DNA of 36,942 bases from a virus. The notes under the pieces were generated by a model that saw only the letters and a program-made list of their open reading frames with translations, did not search any database and had not been told where the DNA came from. How positions within the stretch are numbered: position 1 is the first letter of the stretch; the number at the start of each line of letters is the position of its first letter. The stretch lies in IMG/VR virus record IMGVR_UViG_3300033475_000097. One strand, given 5' to 3'. This document shows, piece by piece, positions 11,999-21,201 of the stretch. Both the position numbers and the translations under genes were made by a program.

Positions 11999-14371
11999 AT
12001 GGCTGAAATCGCAGACGGCTCGCTCGAATCGATCGATGGTCCCCCGGTTACTGCCAGTCCGGCAGTAGCCTCGTATGTCATTGAGATTGAGGTCTACGAG
12101 CGCAACGCGCAAAAGTGGAAAACGCGCGGCAACAAGATCTTGCGTCGTTATCGCGATGAGCGCCGTCAGGCGGATGAGGATCAGGTCAAGTTCAATATCC
12201 TCTGGTCAAATATCCAAACGTTGTTGCCAGCCTGTTACGCCAAGAACCCCAAGCCACAGTGCGAGCGGAGGTTCAAAGATGAAGACCCCGTTGGCCGTGT
12301 TGCCTCCGAAGTCCTGGAACGGTCCATTACTTATTCGATGGATTGCTCCGACTTCTTCGATTCCGCACGTAGCTCGGTGCTTGATCGATTGCTCCCTGGT
12401 CGTGGAACCCTGTGGGAACGGTATGTGCCGCATTTCCGTGATCGCGACGACGATGCGGACGATGCGGGTAATCGAGAGGTTAAGGAAGAAGGCCCTGAAA
12501 TCACGTCCAATGCCGACGCAGATGACGTCGAGCGTGATGTCTCGATGGTTGGCTCGGATCCGTCCGAGGACATGGACGAGGGGGTAGAAGTCGAGTACGA
12601 AGAGTCGGTGACCGATTACGTTCACTGGGAGAACTTCGGCCATAACGTCGCCCGCACATGGGATGAGGTCTATCTGGTCTGGCGCGAGGTCTATCTCGAT
12701 CGCAGCGAGTGTGAAGAGCGCTTTGGATATGAATTGGGCTCCAACATTCCCTTGGACTTCTCGCCCAAGAACCTGGCGGACGAGAAGATCACCGACAGCA
12801 TGAAGAAAGCCCGCGTCTATGAGATGTGGGACAAGCGCAACAAGACCGCGGTATGGATTCACCGCAAGATGCCGATGTTTTTGGACAAGCGACCCGACCC
12901 GCTCAAGCTGGAAGGTTTCTTCCCGTGTCCCAAGCCGTTGATGGCGACAACCTGCAATGACTCGATTATCCCGACCGCTGATTATACGGAATACCAGGAC
13001 CAGGCCCGAGAGCTTGACCAGCTCACCGCGCGCATTAGTTCCGTTATCCGAGCTATTAAGGTGGCAGGCGTCTATGACGCTTCCGCTGCCGGCATTGACC
13101 GGCTTCTCTCCGAGGGCACGGAAAACCAGCTAATCCCGGTAGAACAGTGGGCATTGATGGGCGTTAAGGGGCTGGAAGGTGTCATTTCCTGGCTCCCGCT
13201 GGATCAAGTCGTCAATGCGCTCAAGGAAATGTATGCCGCCCGCGAACAGATCAAGAACGATCTGTACGAAGTCTCGGGCATGCCGGATATCCTTCGCGGC
13301 GCCAATGACCCCCGTTCGACGGCCACCGCTGAACGCATCAAGGGGCAGTATGGATCCATCCGCCTACGATCGGTGCAGGACGACGTACAACGTTTTGTAC
13401 GCGATGCCATCCGCATCAAGGGTCAGGTAATTGCCAAGCACTTCAGTTGGCAGACCTTGCGCATGATTTCAGGTGTCAAGCTGCTATCGCAGGCTGAAAA
13501 GCAGCAGATCCAGATGATGCAGGCTGCGGCCCAACAGGGCGCGCCTATTCCACCGCCGCCTCAAGAAGTCATGCAGCTCATGGGCGAGCCGACATGGGAG
13601 GATGTGGAAGGCCTGTTGCGCAACAACGCCATGCGCGCCTTCCGTCTGGATATCGAAACCGATTCAACCATCGGTGATGACAATGAGCTGATGCAGACCC
13701 AGCGCATGGAGTTCATGAAGGTCGTGGCACCCATGATTGCGCAGGCCGTACAGGCGGGCGAAACCAATCCGACCATGGTGCCGCTCATGGTGGAGACCAT
13801 CAAATGGACGGTGCGATCGTTCCCGCAAGCCCGCGGCCTGGAAGGCATCATCGACCAGACCCTGGATAACCTATCCAAGCAACCGCCCCCGCCCAAGACT
13901 GACCCAGAGATGGTCAAGGCGCAGGTACAGCAGCAGTCAGAACAGCTGCGGGCACAGACGGATCTTCAGATCGCCGACAAGAAGGCGCAATTGGAGATGC
14001 AGAAAATCCAGGTGGATGCCGAGGCCAAGATCCGCATTGCTCAGGCTGAACAGGCGGCTCAAGCCGCTCAGGCACAGCAAGAGAACGAGCTGGAAGCCCG
14101 GCGAGACCTAATCAAATCAAAGAACGAGTTCGACCTTGCCAAGTACAAGATCGACCGGGAAATTGAGGCATCCATCACGAAAGCCCGCATTGAGGCTGAA
14201 AAGGCCATTGCCGTAGCCCGTATCGGCTCGCAGCATTTCCCCTCCGATGGCACAGCGGACTTGATCTACCAGCAGACGCACGAAACGTCGGTGAATGGCG
14301 GCGATCATGCCGTTGTCAGTGGCGCAACCGTGGCACCCCAGCCGGAGGAAAAGCCCGATGCCGATCTATGA
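11999..14371 (+). CDS. Portal protein, 790 aa, with an acidic insertion and a long C-terminal coiled-coil.
   Basis: Called from size, position after the terminase genes and before scaffold and capsid, and a helical Q/A/E/K-rich C-terminal region of about 120 aa reminiscent of the P22 portal barrel. Not confirmed by search. Confidence 0.85.
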   Translation: MAEIADGSLESIDGPPVTASPAVASYVIEIEVYERNAQKWKTRGNKILRRYRDERRQADEDQVKFNILWSNIQTLLPACYAKNPKPQCERRFKDEDPVGRVASEVLERSITYSMDCSDFFDSARSSVLDRLLPGRGTLWERYVPHFRDRDDDADDAGNREVKEEGPEITSNADADDVERDVSMVGSDPSEDMDEGVEVEYEESVTDYVHWENFGHNVARTWDEVYLVWREVYLDRSECEERFGYELGSNIPLDFSPKNLADEKITDSMKKARVYEMWDKRNKTAVWIHRKMPMFLDKRPDPLKLEGFFPCPKPLMATTCNDSIIPTADYTEYQDQARELDQLTARISSVIRAIKVAGVYDASAAGIDRLLSEGTENQLIPVEQWALMGVKGLEGVISWLPLDQVVNALKEMYAAREQIKNDLYEVSGMPDILRGANDPRSTATAERIKGQYGSIRLRSVQDDVQRFVRDAIRIKGQVIAKHFSWQTLRMISGVKLLSQAEKQQIQMMQAAAQQGAPIPPPPQEVMQLMGEPTWEDVEGLLRNNAMRAFRLDIETDSTIGDDNELMQTQRMEFMKVVAPMIAQAVQAGETNPTMVPLMVETIKWTVRSFPQARGLEGIIDQTLDNLSKQPPPPKTDPEMVKAQVQQQSEQLRAQTDLQIADKKAQLEMQKIQVDAEAKIRIAQAEQAAQAAQAQQENELEARRDLIKSKNEFDLAKYKIDREIEASITKARIEAEKAIAVARIGSQHFPSDGTADLIYQQTHETSVNGGDHAVVSGATVAPQPEEKPDADL

Positions 14372-14708
14372 GGTGCAGTGTGTCGAATGTGGCGCGGTCG
14401 AAGAGATCTTTCGCAAGATCGCCGATCGTGAGAAGAATCTGCCTGAATGCCACGGCAAGCGGATGAAAAACATCCTGTCGGCCACGATGGTCAATGAGGA
14501 CATCAAACCTTACAAGGCGGTGGCCGTCGACAAGCGCACTGGCGAGCGGCCTTATATCACCTCCCGCAAGGCGCACAAGGAATTCCTGCGCCGCAACGAT
14601 TACGTCGAGCTTCCCTCAGTCGAAAACAAGCCGCGGCCTGTCCGTGGCGACTTCGACTGCAAGAAAGAACTTATCCAGGCCACCAAAAAGGTATTGAGCC
14701 AGTCATGA
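14358..14708 (+). CDS. FmdB-like zinc-ribbon protein, 116 aa.
   Basis: M22 of ORF 14295..14708. GGAGGAA SD. N-terminal MPIYEVQCVECGAVEEIF is the FmdB signature MPIYEYxCxxCG. It overlaps the portal 3' end by 14 nt. Confidence 0.65.
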   Translation: MPIYEVQCVECGAVEEIFRKIADREKNLPECHGKRMKNILSATMVNEDIKPYKAVAVDKRTGERPYITSRKAHKEFLRRNDYVELPSVENKPRPVRGDFDCKKELIQATKKVLSQS

Positions 14709-15706
14709 GCAGCGAGAACGAGCGTTCACTGCGTGAAGAACTTGAAGAGGCATCCAAGGAAGTATTCGAGCGTACTCGCGACGAAGCGGGCCGCTTTGCG
14801 AAGGCAGGAGAGTTATCTCCTGAGTCTGAGGGCATACAGATTGACGATACTCAGGTCATCGGAGAATCGGAACCTCAAAAAGTCGAGCCTGTCAAGGATG
14901 AAGATCCGTTTCCGCAGTCTTGGAAACAGGATTACAAGAAGCATTGGTCGTCGCTCCCCAAGGAAGTAAAGGATTACATCCGCCAGCATGAGGCGGATAC
15001 GCGCAAGGCGATGACCGCGCAGGATGAAGACCGCCTGCTGGGCAAGAATTACCGCAATGTGCATCAGGTTCTTCAGCCATACATGCCGATGATCCAGGCG
15101 GAAGGCGCGACAGCGGAGACAGCGATCAATACGCTGCTCAATCAGGCCTATGTGCTTCGTCATGGCTCGCCCGAGCAGAAAAAGCAGCTCATCTTGAGCG
15201 CTATCAAGACTTATGGTATTGATATTACCGAACCGGCCAGTTCACAAGGCTGGGTCGATCCACAGGTAGCGGACCTGCAAAAGCAGCTATCCGAGCTTCG
15301 GGATTGGCGCCAGCAGTATGAGCAGTCGGTTCAGATGAATGAAAAGGCCAGTATTGAAGGCCAGATTGCAGCGTTTGGGGCAGATCCAAAGCACGTGCAC
15401 TTCGGCAATCCGAAGGTCCAAGCTCTAATGGGCACCCTTCTTGCCAACAACAGTGCAAGCTCGATGGAGGATGCCTACGAACAAGCGGTTTGGGCCGTTC
15501 CTGAGCTACGTTCGACGCTTCAGGCTGAGCAGCTTGCTCAGGCAGAGGCGAAACGGGTGGAAGAGGCGAAAGCCAAGGCCAATGCAGCACGCAAGGCTTC
15601 TGGAAGCGTCCGTGGTACGTCCTCCGGCGTACAGCTGCCCGCTCAATCCAAGGGCTCCTTGCGTGATGATCTCAAGGCGGCATTTGCCTCCTTGAAGGAC
15701 CATTAA
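14705..15706 (+). CDS. Scaffolding protein (putative), 333 aa.
   Basis: Position between portal and major capsid. Highly charged, helical, E/K/Q/A-rich composition. ATGA coupling. Confidence 0.65.
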   Translation: MSSENERSLREELEEASKEVFERTRDEAGRFAKAGELSPESEGIQIDDTQVIGESEPQKVEPVKDEDPFPQSWKQDYKKHWSSLPKEVKDYIRQHEADTRKAMTAQDEDRLLGKNYRNVHQVLQPYMPMIQAEGATAETAINTLLNQAYVLRHGSPEQKKQLILSAIKTYGIDITEPASSQGWVDPQVADLQKQLSELRDWRQQYEQSVQMNEKASIEGQIAAFGADPKHVHFGNPKVQALMGTLLANNSASSMEDAYEQAVWAVPELRSTLQAEQLAQAEAKRVEEAKAKANAARKASGSVRGTSSGVQLPAQSKGSLRDDLKAAFASLKDH

Positions 15707-15724
15707 CCCGTTTAGGAGCAACCC

Positions 15725-16714
15725 ATGGCACTCATCAACCCGAGTACCACCCTTACCGAAATCGTCACCACGACCCTGCGTAACCGTACGGGCAAGCTGG
15801 CGGATAACGTCACCAAGAACAACGGCCTCCTGTTCCGCCTGAAGGAAAAGGAGAACGTCAAGCCCGTTTCTGGCGGTCGTACGATCGTGCAGGAACTGGA
15901 ATACGCCGAGAACGGTACCTACAAGCGCTACAGCGGCTATGAAGCGCTGAACATCTCGCCGTCCGATGTGTTCACTGGTGCCGAATACAACTACGCACAG
16001 GCAGCGGTCGCCATCTCCATCTCTGGTCTGGAAATGATCCAGAATGCCGGCGAAGAGGCGATCATCGACCTGCTTGAGAGCCGCATCAAGAACGGCGAAA
16101 AGACCATCACCAACAACATCGCGCTGGATTGCTACAGCGATGGTTCGGCCGATGGCGGTCGCCAGATTGGCGGTTTGCAGCTTCTGGTGTCCAAGACCCC
16201 GTCCACGGGTGTGGTGGGTGGTATCGATGCGTCGACCACGATCGGCGCGTTCTGGCGCAACATCGCCTTCTCGTCGGCCACCAATGGCGGCGCACCGGCG
16301 ACGGCAGCCAACATCCAGAGCTACATGAATCAGCTGTGGGTGCAGTTGGTGCGTGGCGCGGACCATCCGGACCTGATCGTCGCGGACAACAACTACTTCC
16401 GTCTCTATCTGGAATCGTTGCAGAGCATCCAGCGCATTGGCGATGCGAAGATGGCCGACGCAGGCTATCAGGTGCTGAAGTACATGAACTCCGATGTCGT
16501 GCTCGATGGCGGCTTCGGCGGTGGCGCTCCGGTGAACACCATGTACTTCCTCAATACCGACTACATCTACTTCCGTCCGCATGTGGATCGTTTCTTTAGC
16601 CCGCTGGGCGACGACCGCTATGCGGTGAACCAGGACGCGATGGTCAAGTTGATTGGTTTCGCGGGCAATATGACCGTGAGCAACCGTCGTCTTCAGGGCG
16701 TCCTCGGCGTATAA
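15725..16714 (+). CDS. Major capsid protein, 329 aa.
   Basis: AGGAG SD, position after the scaffold, size, and an N-terminus MALINPSTTLTEIVTTTLRNR similar to podophage (BPP-1-like) coat proteins as I recall them. Confidence 0.8.
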   Translation: MALINPSTTLTEIVTTTLRNRTGKLADNVTKNNGLLFRLKEKENVKPVSGGRTIVQELEYAENGTYKRYSGYEALNISPSDVFTGAEYNYAQAAVAISISGLEMIQNAGEEAIIDLLESRIKNGEKTITNNIALDCYSDGSADGGRQIGGLQLLVSKTPSTGVVGGIDASTTIGAFWRNIAFSSATNGGAPATAANIQSYMNQLWVQLVRGADHPDLIVADNNYFRLYLESLQSIQRIGDAKMADAGYQVLKYMNSDVVLDGGFGGGAPVNTMYFLNTDYIYFRPHVDRFFSPLGDDRYAVNQDAMVKLIGFAGNMTVSNRRLQGVLGV

Positions 16715-16726
16715 GGAGAACTCATC

Positions 16727-17311
16727 ATGGCATTTGTAGCTTACGATCCGATCCTCGGCGAAGTCGATCTGTCGATCGTCGACACGAGCGGCCCGGGCCC
16801 GTTCAACATCCTCAACGGTGGTTCCACTTATGGACGCAACTCCCAGTACATGGGCGAGCTGCGCGGCTATGACGTCAACTTGGGTGGCGGCACGTTCGTC
16901 TATGCCAAGTTTGGCGCCACGCTGACGGCCGGTGCAGTGGTGCAGTTCACCGAAAGCCTGTCGAGCGGACAGGTCATCAGTACCGCCAATGCCTGGACCG
17001 GCACGGCCAACTCCGGTGCGCCGCTTGGTGTCGCTGTATCGGCTGGTACCACGTCTAACTGGGGTTGGTTCCAGGTACAGGGCAATGCGATCACCAATGT
17101 CTCGGGTGCACCGACGGCCAATACGCCGACCTACTGGCAGGCCAATGGTGTCATTTCTGGCACGGCGGTGGCCGGAAAGCAGATGGAAGGCTCGCAGTTT
17201 TCTACCACCAATGGCGTGACCTTGGGTTCGGGCAATTCGGCGGTGGCACTTCCCAGCACACAGGCCGTGGTGCTGTTGCAGTATCCGTCTGGCCAGGGCG
17301 CTATCACGTAA
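16727..17311 (+). CDS. Possible capsid decoration/cement protein, 194 aa.
   Basis: Immediately downstream of the major capsid gene. Beta-rich G/T/A/S composition. Followed by a strong terminator. Confidence 0.55.
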   Translation: MAFVAYDPILGEVDLSIVDTSGPGPFNILNGGSTYGRNSQYMGELRGYDVNLGGGTFVYAKFGATLTAGAVVQFTESLSSGQVISTANAWTGTANSGAPLGVAVSAGTTSNWGWFQVQGNAITNVSGAPTANTPTYWQANGVISGTAVAGKQMEGSQFSTTNGVTLGSGNSAVALPSTQAVVLLQYPSGQGAIT

Positions 17312-17318
17312 TACCCCC

Positions 17319-17343
17319 GGGGGCCTTCGGGCCCCCTTCTTCC
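17319..17343 (+). terminator. Rho-independent terminator: GGGGGCC-TTCG-GGCCCCC followed by TTCTTCC.
   Basis: 7-bp GC stem with a TTCG tetraloop, 8 nt after the stop codon. Confidence 0.75.
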
Positions 17344-17358
17344 AACTAAGAGGCTCTC

Positions 17359-18006
17359 ATGTCTGATTTTGCTGCTGCACGTATCGATATGCCACGAGGC
17401 GCGACTGTCGCCATGGCAACCCATGGCACCGATGATGGGTTGTATGTCGAGTTCAGCATGGCTCCCAGCCCTTCGCCTGATCCCAAACTGTCCGAAGAAG
17501 CCGGCTATGACGTGTTCACGGATATTCCGTGGGTGCATATTCTCGTTCCCGGCGATCGCACCAAGGAATGGTTTCGTCCTGCCAAGCTTCGCATGGATGA
17601 TTCATCGGATACGGTTCCAACCGACGTCCAGCGATTCCCGCGGCAATGGGCGGCTTTTCAGGACCAGTCCAAGAAAGCCTCCACCGGTTTGCCGATTGAA
17701 GAATGGTCGGTGATTACGCGATCTGAAGCCCAAGCCTTCAGGCGCATGGATATCCATACGGTGGAGCAGCTGGCCGCGTTGCCGGATACAGCGCTTAATT
17801 GGCTCGGAGCCCGCCAGCGTCGCGACCAGGCCCAGGTATGGCTTGATAGCGCCAAGGGTCATGCGGTCGAGATGAAGCTGACCAAGGAAAACGATCAGCT
17901 CAAGGCACAGATCGAGGCGATGCAGAAGCAGATTGATGAGATGGCCGAACGTATGGGGGAAGATGCGCCCAAGCGGCGTGGTCGCCCTCCCAAGCATGAG
18001 GACTAA
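17359..18006 (+). CDS. Hypothetical virion-module protein, 215 aa, with a C-terminal coiled-coil and an AT-hook (KRRGRPPK).
   Basis: ORF track entry. The RGRP core motif was read in the translation. Confidence 0.7.
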   Translation: MSDFAAARIDMPRGATVAMATHGTDDGLYVEFSMAPSPSPDPKLSEEAGYDVFTDIPWVHILVPGDRTKEWFRPAKLRMDDSSDTVPTDVQRFPRQWAAFQDQSKKASTGLPIEEWSVITRSEAQAFRRMDIHTVEQLAALPDTALNWLGARQRRDQAQVWLDSAKGHAVEMKLTKENDQLKAQIEAMQKQIDEMAERMGEDAPKRRGRPPKHED

Positions 18007-18008
18007 GT

Positions 18009-18386
18009 ATGACGATTCTCAAGAAGTTGACCGGCTCGGGTTTCTCGGCACTTCAGGCCACGAATATCTCCGGTGATGTCGATCCGGCAGTGACGGCCAC
18101 GGGTAACTCGGCAGCAACGGCCTACGCCATTGGTGCCTGCAATACGTTGGTTACCACGGCTGCGGCTAGCACGGGTGTCATCTTGCCGGTGGGGACGACC
18201 GGCGCACCCAACTTCACCGCTTTGTTCGATGAATATGCGGTCGCCAATCGCGGCGCCAATAGCCTGACGGTCTATCCACCCACGGGTGGTACGATCGATG
18301 GCGGCGCATCGGCTTCCGTAGCAGCGGGCGCCATGAAGTATTTCACCTGTGTCTCGACCGACGGACTGACCTGGTTCAGCAAGTAA
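18009..18386 (+). CDS. Small beta-rich protein, 125 aa (VILPVG...NSLTVYPPTGGTIDG...STDGLTWFSK).
   Basis: ORF track entry, directly upstream of the tailspike. Distant paralogue of the product of 11636..11995. Confidence 0.65.
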   Translation: MTILKKLTGSGFSALQATNISGDVDPAVTATGNSAATAYAIGACNTLVTTAAASTGVILPVGTTGAPNFTALFDEYAVANRGANSLTVYPPTGGTIDGGASASVAAGAMKYFTCVSTDGLTWFSK

Positions 18387-20218
18387 TGCAAAAGTACAAT
18401 GACGTGGTGTTGGGCCAGAATGGGACAAATCTGGCCCCTATTCCCAATGCCAGCGTGACGGTGCTTACGTCGCCTGGCGGCGCATTGGCGACTATTTACA
18501 GCGACAACGGAATCACTATCACCGCTAATCCGCTGACGACGGATGCAAGTGGTCGGTTCAGCTTTTATGCCGCGAATGGTAGGTATTCACTCAATGTGGC
18601 CTACCTAAATGTGTCTTATGCATTGAATGATGTTCCTCTGGAAGACGACCCCGTCCAGCAAACGATTGCCCCGTCTTATACGGGAGGTGTGTCGCGACAA
18701 CTAAGCTCCAAGGTCTATGACGTCGTGTCGGTGCTGGATTTCGGTGCTGATCCGACCGGTTCTGCCGATTCCACCACGGCTTTTAATAATGCGCTGGCGT
18801 GTAGCCGCAAGATCCTTGTGCCTGCCGGGACGTATGCCATCCAGCAAGTCACCATCCCTTCCAATACGGTCATGCTGGGGGAAGGCAAGGGACGATCGGT
18901 TCTTCAACCAGTCGTGGGTACAGCGGATGGCATACTGCTATCTAGCAGCTCGACCAGCAATGTCGAAATCGGTGAATTGAGTATCAATGTCTCGAAGGTT
19001 TCCTTCCCAACGATGTATGCCATTCGGTTCGATACCGTGGCCAACGGGTATCTCCATGATCTATTGATTCCTAATGGCGGTGTCGTCGGTATTTCGACGA
19101 ATAACTGCACAGACATCCTGGTCGAACGCAGTTCAGTTTCCAATTGCGCTAACCGATGCATTGAGCATGCAGGCGCCTCAGCCGCGCGGTGCCGTACTAG
19201 GAATTGCTATGTGAGCAATCCTGGTGGCGTCGATCATGGCATTTCATGCGCCAATGGTGTTGATCATGAGGTATCCAATAATTACGTCACGCTGTGTACG
19301 GTGTTTGGTATCAGTATTGCGTTTTGCCAGCGTGTCCTCGTATCGGGAAACAAGACCTATAACACGACACGCGAAGGCATCAATGCGACTGATAGTCAGG
19401 ACGTCACAGTCACGGACAATATTGCTGCGTGGGATACGACGACATCTCAAGACTTTGGCATGTCCTTTGCCGGTCAGTCCGGTGCAGGTACCAATTTCGC
19501 GATCATCCGTGGCAACAAAATCATCAATTGCGGCAAGTCGGGCATTGCTCTTGCCTCGGCATCTCTTCCTGTAACCGCATGTACGGTTCAGGGTAATCTC
19601 ATCGAAAACAGCAATCGGCTTAACCTTGGGAATACCAACGGTGGCGGCGCTGGCGTGATTCTTTATGGATTATCGTGTCAGAACAATTTCATTTCCGAGA
19701 ATAAGATCTACGACACCATCGGTTTCCTTCAGTATGCCGTGTACGAATGGAACTCCGGTGGCTTGCCTGCTGCTAATCGCTTCTTCAGTAATTTCGTCTC
19801 GGGAAATGCATCGAGTGTCACCAACATTACCGCAAACTCGCTGGAAGCGCTGACGACGCTGGATGCGGTGAGTTATACGCCGACGATTGCGGCGACTGCG
19901 GGTGCTCTGACGACCGCCTCGGCGACCGGCAATTACATCCTTATGGGTAAGCTGGTGTATATCCGCGCCACCGGTAGCATCACAACCAATGGCACCGGAT
20001 CAGGAAGTATCACGATCAGCTTGCCGTTCACCGTGACATCAACGCCGGCTGCAAGCACGCAGATCATCGCGGGAAAAGAAACGGGTGTTTCCAACAAGGC
20101 GGTGATAGGGACAACGTCACAGGCAACGACGACCCTTACGATCACGTTTTATGACGGGACTTATCCAGGCGCCAATGGCGCTTCCATAAGCGTTGCTGGC
20201 TGGTATGTGCGCACATGA
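18386..20218 (+). CDS. Tailspike with a right-handed beta-helix (pectate-lyase-type) depolymerase domain, 610 aa.
   Basis: VSVLDFGADPTGSADSTTAFNNALA...ILVPAGTYAI is the canonical pectate_lyase_3 N-terminal cap motif. It is followed by repetitive beta-helix-like segments. Confidence 0.8.
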   Translation: MQKYNDVVLGQNGTNLAPIPNASVTVLTSPGGALATIYSDNGITITANPLTTDASGRFSFYAANGRYSLNVAYLNVSYALNDVPLEDDPVQQTIAPSYTGGVSRQLSSKVYDVVSVLDFGADPTGSADSTTAFNNALACSRKILVPAGTYAIQQVTIPSNTVMLGEGKGRSVLQPVVGTADGILLSSSSTSNVEIGELSINVSKVSFPTMYAIRFDTVANGYLHDLLIPNGGVVGISTNNCTDILVERSSVSNCANRCIEHAGASAARCRTRNCYVSNPGGVDHGISCANGVDHEVSNNYVTLCTVFGISIAFCQRVLVSGNKTYNTTREGINATDSQDVTVTDNIAAWDTTTSQDFGMSFAGQSGAGTNFAIIRGNKIINCGKSGIALASASLPVTACTVQGNLIENSNRLNLGNTNGGGAGVILYGLSCQNNFISENKIYDTIGFLQYAVYEWNSGGLPAANRFFSNFVSGNASSVTNITANSLEALTTLDAVSYTPTIAATAGALTTASATGNYILMGKLVYIRATGSITTNGTGSGSITISLPFTVTSTPAASTQIIAGKETGVSNKAVIGTTSQATTTLTITFYDGTYPGANGASISVAGWYVRT

Positions 20219-21201
20219 CCATCATCCTTCAGCTTCCGGGTAATGCGCCTGCACCATCCAAGCTTACGTTGCTTCAGATGGTGCAGCAGGCATGCGCGGA
20301 GCTTGGCTTACTCCAGCCATCAACCTTGTTTGGAAATTCGGATCAGCAGGCCGTCCAGTTGCTCGCATTGGCCCAGCGAGAGGGTCTTGAAACATTCAAG
20401 ATGACCACCCGTGATTATGGATGGCAGGCGCTCCGCAAGGAGTATCTGTTCAATGTCCAATCCACGGGCATCCAGACAGTGTCTTACACGAAAGGATCCA
20501 ATGTCATCAATTTCGTGACAGTTCCCTCCATCGCGCCGCAAATAGGATGGGTCATCTCCAATTCGGGCGGCTCAAACGCCACGGATTTCACGTATCCCAC
20601 CTACGTCACCGCAATCAACAGCTCGACGCAAATCGTAGTGTCGACCACGGCAGCCAATACGAATACGTCCGCTAGCATGGCGATTGGCCAGGAGGCTTAT
20701 GCATTGCCTTCCGATTACGAGCACATGATTGTGCAGACCCAATGGGACCGTGGCTTCCGTTGGCAGCTTCTCGGTCCGCTGGACGCGCAGGAATGGCAGG
20801 TATTGAAATCGGGCATTTCGCCAACTGGACCGAGACGCCGCTTCCGCATCATGAACAATCAGTTGTTCATCGATCCGATCCCCTACGACACCAACCAATT
20901 GGTGCTTGAGTATTACTCTAATGCTTGGTGTCAGAGTTCGGCCGCCCAGCCACAAGCCAAATGGCAGGCGGATACGGATTACTACGTACTGGACGATGAC
21001 ACGTTCATGCTAGGCATTAACTGGCGCTTTCGCATGGCGAAGGGCTTGGATTATTCCGAAGAGCATCAGATGTGGCTGGATTCCATCAATCGCTTCAAGG
21101 CGCGACAGGCGAGTGTGCGTAATCTTCCGGTTAATGCCCAGCAGACCGGGGTAAGGTTACTATCCAATAGCCAGGTGCCTGATACCGGATATGGCAGCTA
21201 A
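20215..21201 (+). CDS. Tail/adaptor structural protein, 328 aa.
   Basis: ORF track entry. ATGA coupling within the tail block. No specific family asserted. Confidence 0.65.
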   Translation: MTIILQLPGNAPAPSKLTLLQMVQQACAELGLLQPSTLFGNSDQQAVQLLALAQREGLETFKMTTRDYGWQALRKEYLFNVQSTGIQTVSYTKGSNVINFVTVPSIAPQIGWVISNSGGSNATDFTYPTYVTAINSSTQIVVSTTAANTNTSASMAIGQEAYALPSDYEHMIVQTQWDRGFRWQLLGPLDAQEWQVLKSGISPTGPRRRFRIMNNQLFIDPIPYDTNQLVLEYYSNAWCQSSAAQPQAKWQADTDYYVLDDDTFMLGINWRFRMAKGLDYSEEHQMWLDSINRFKARQASVRNLPVNAQQTGVRLLSNSQVPDTGYGS

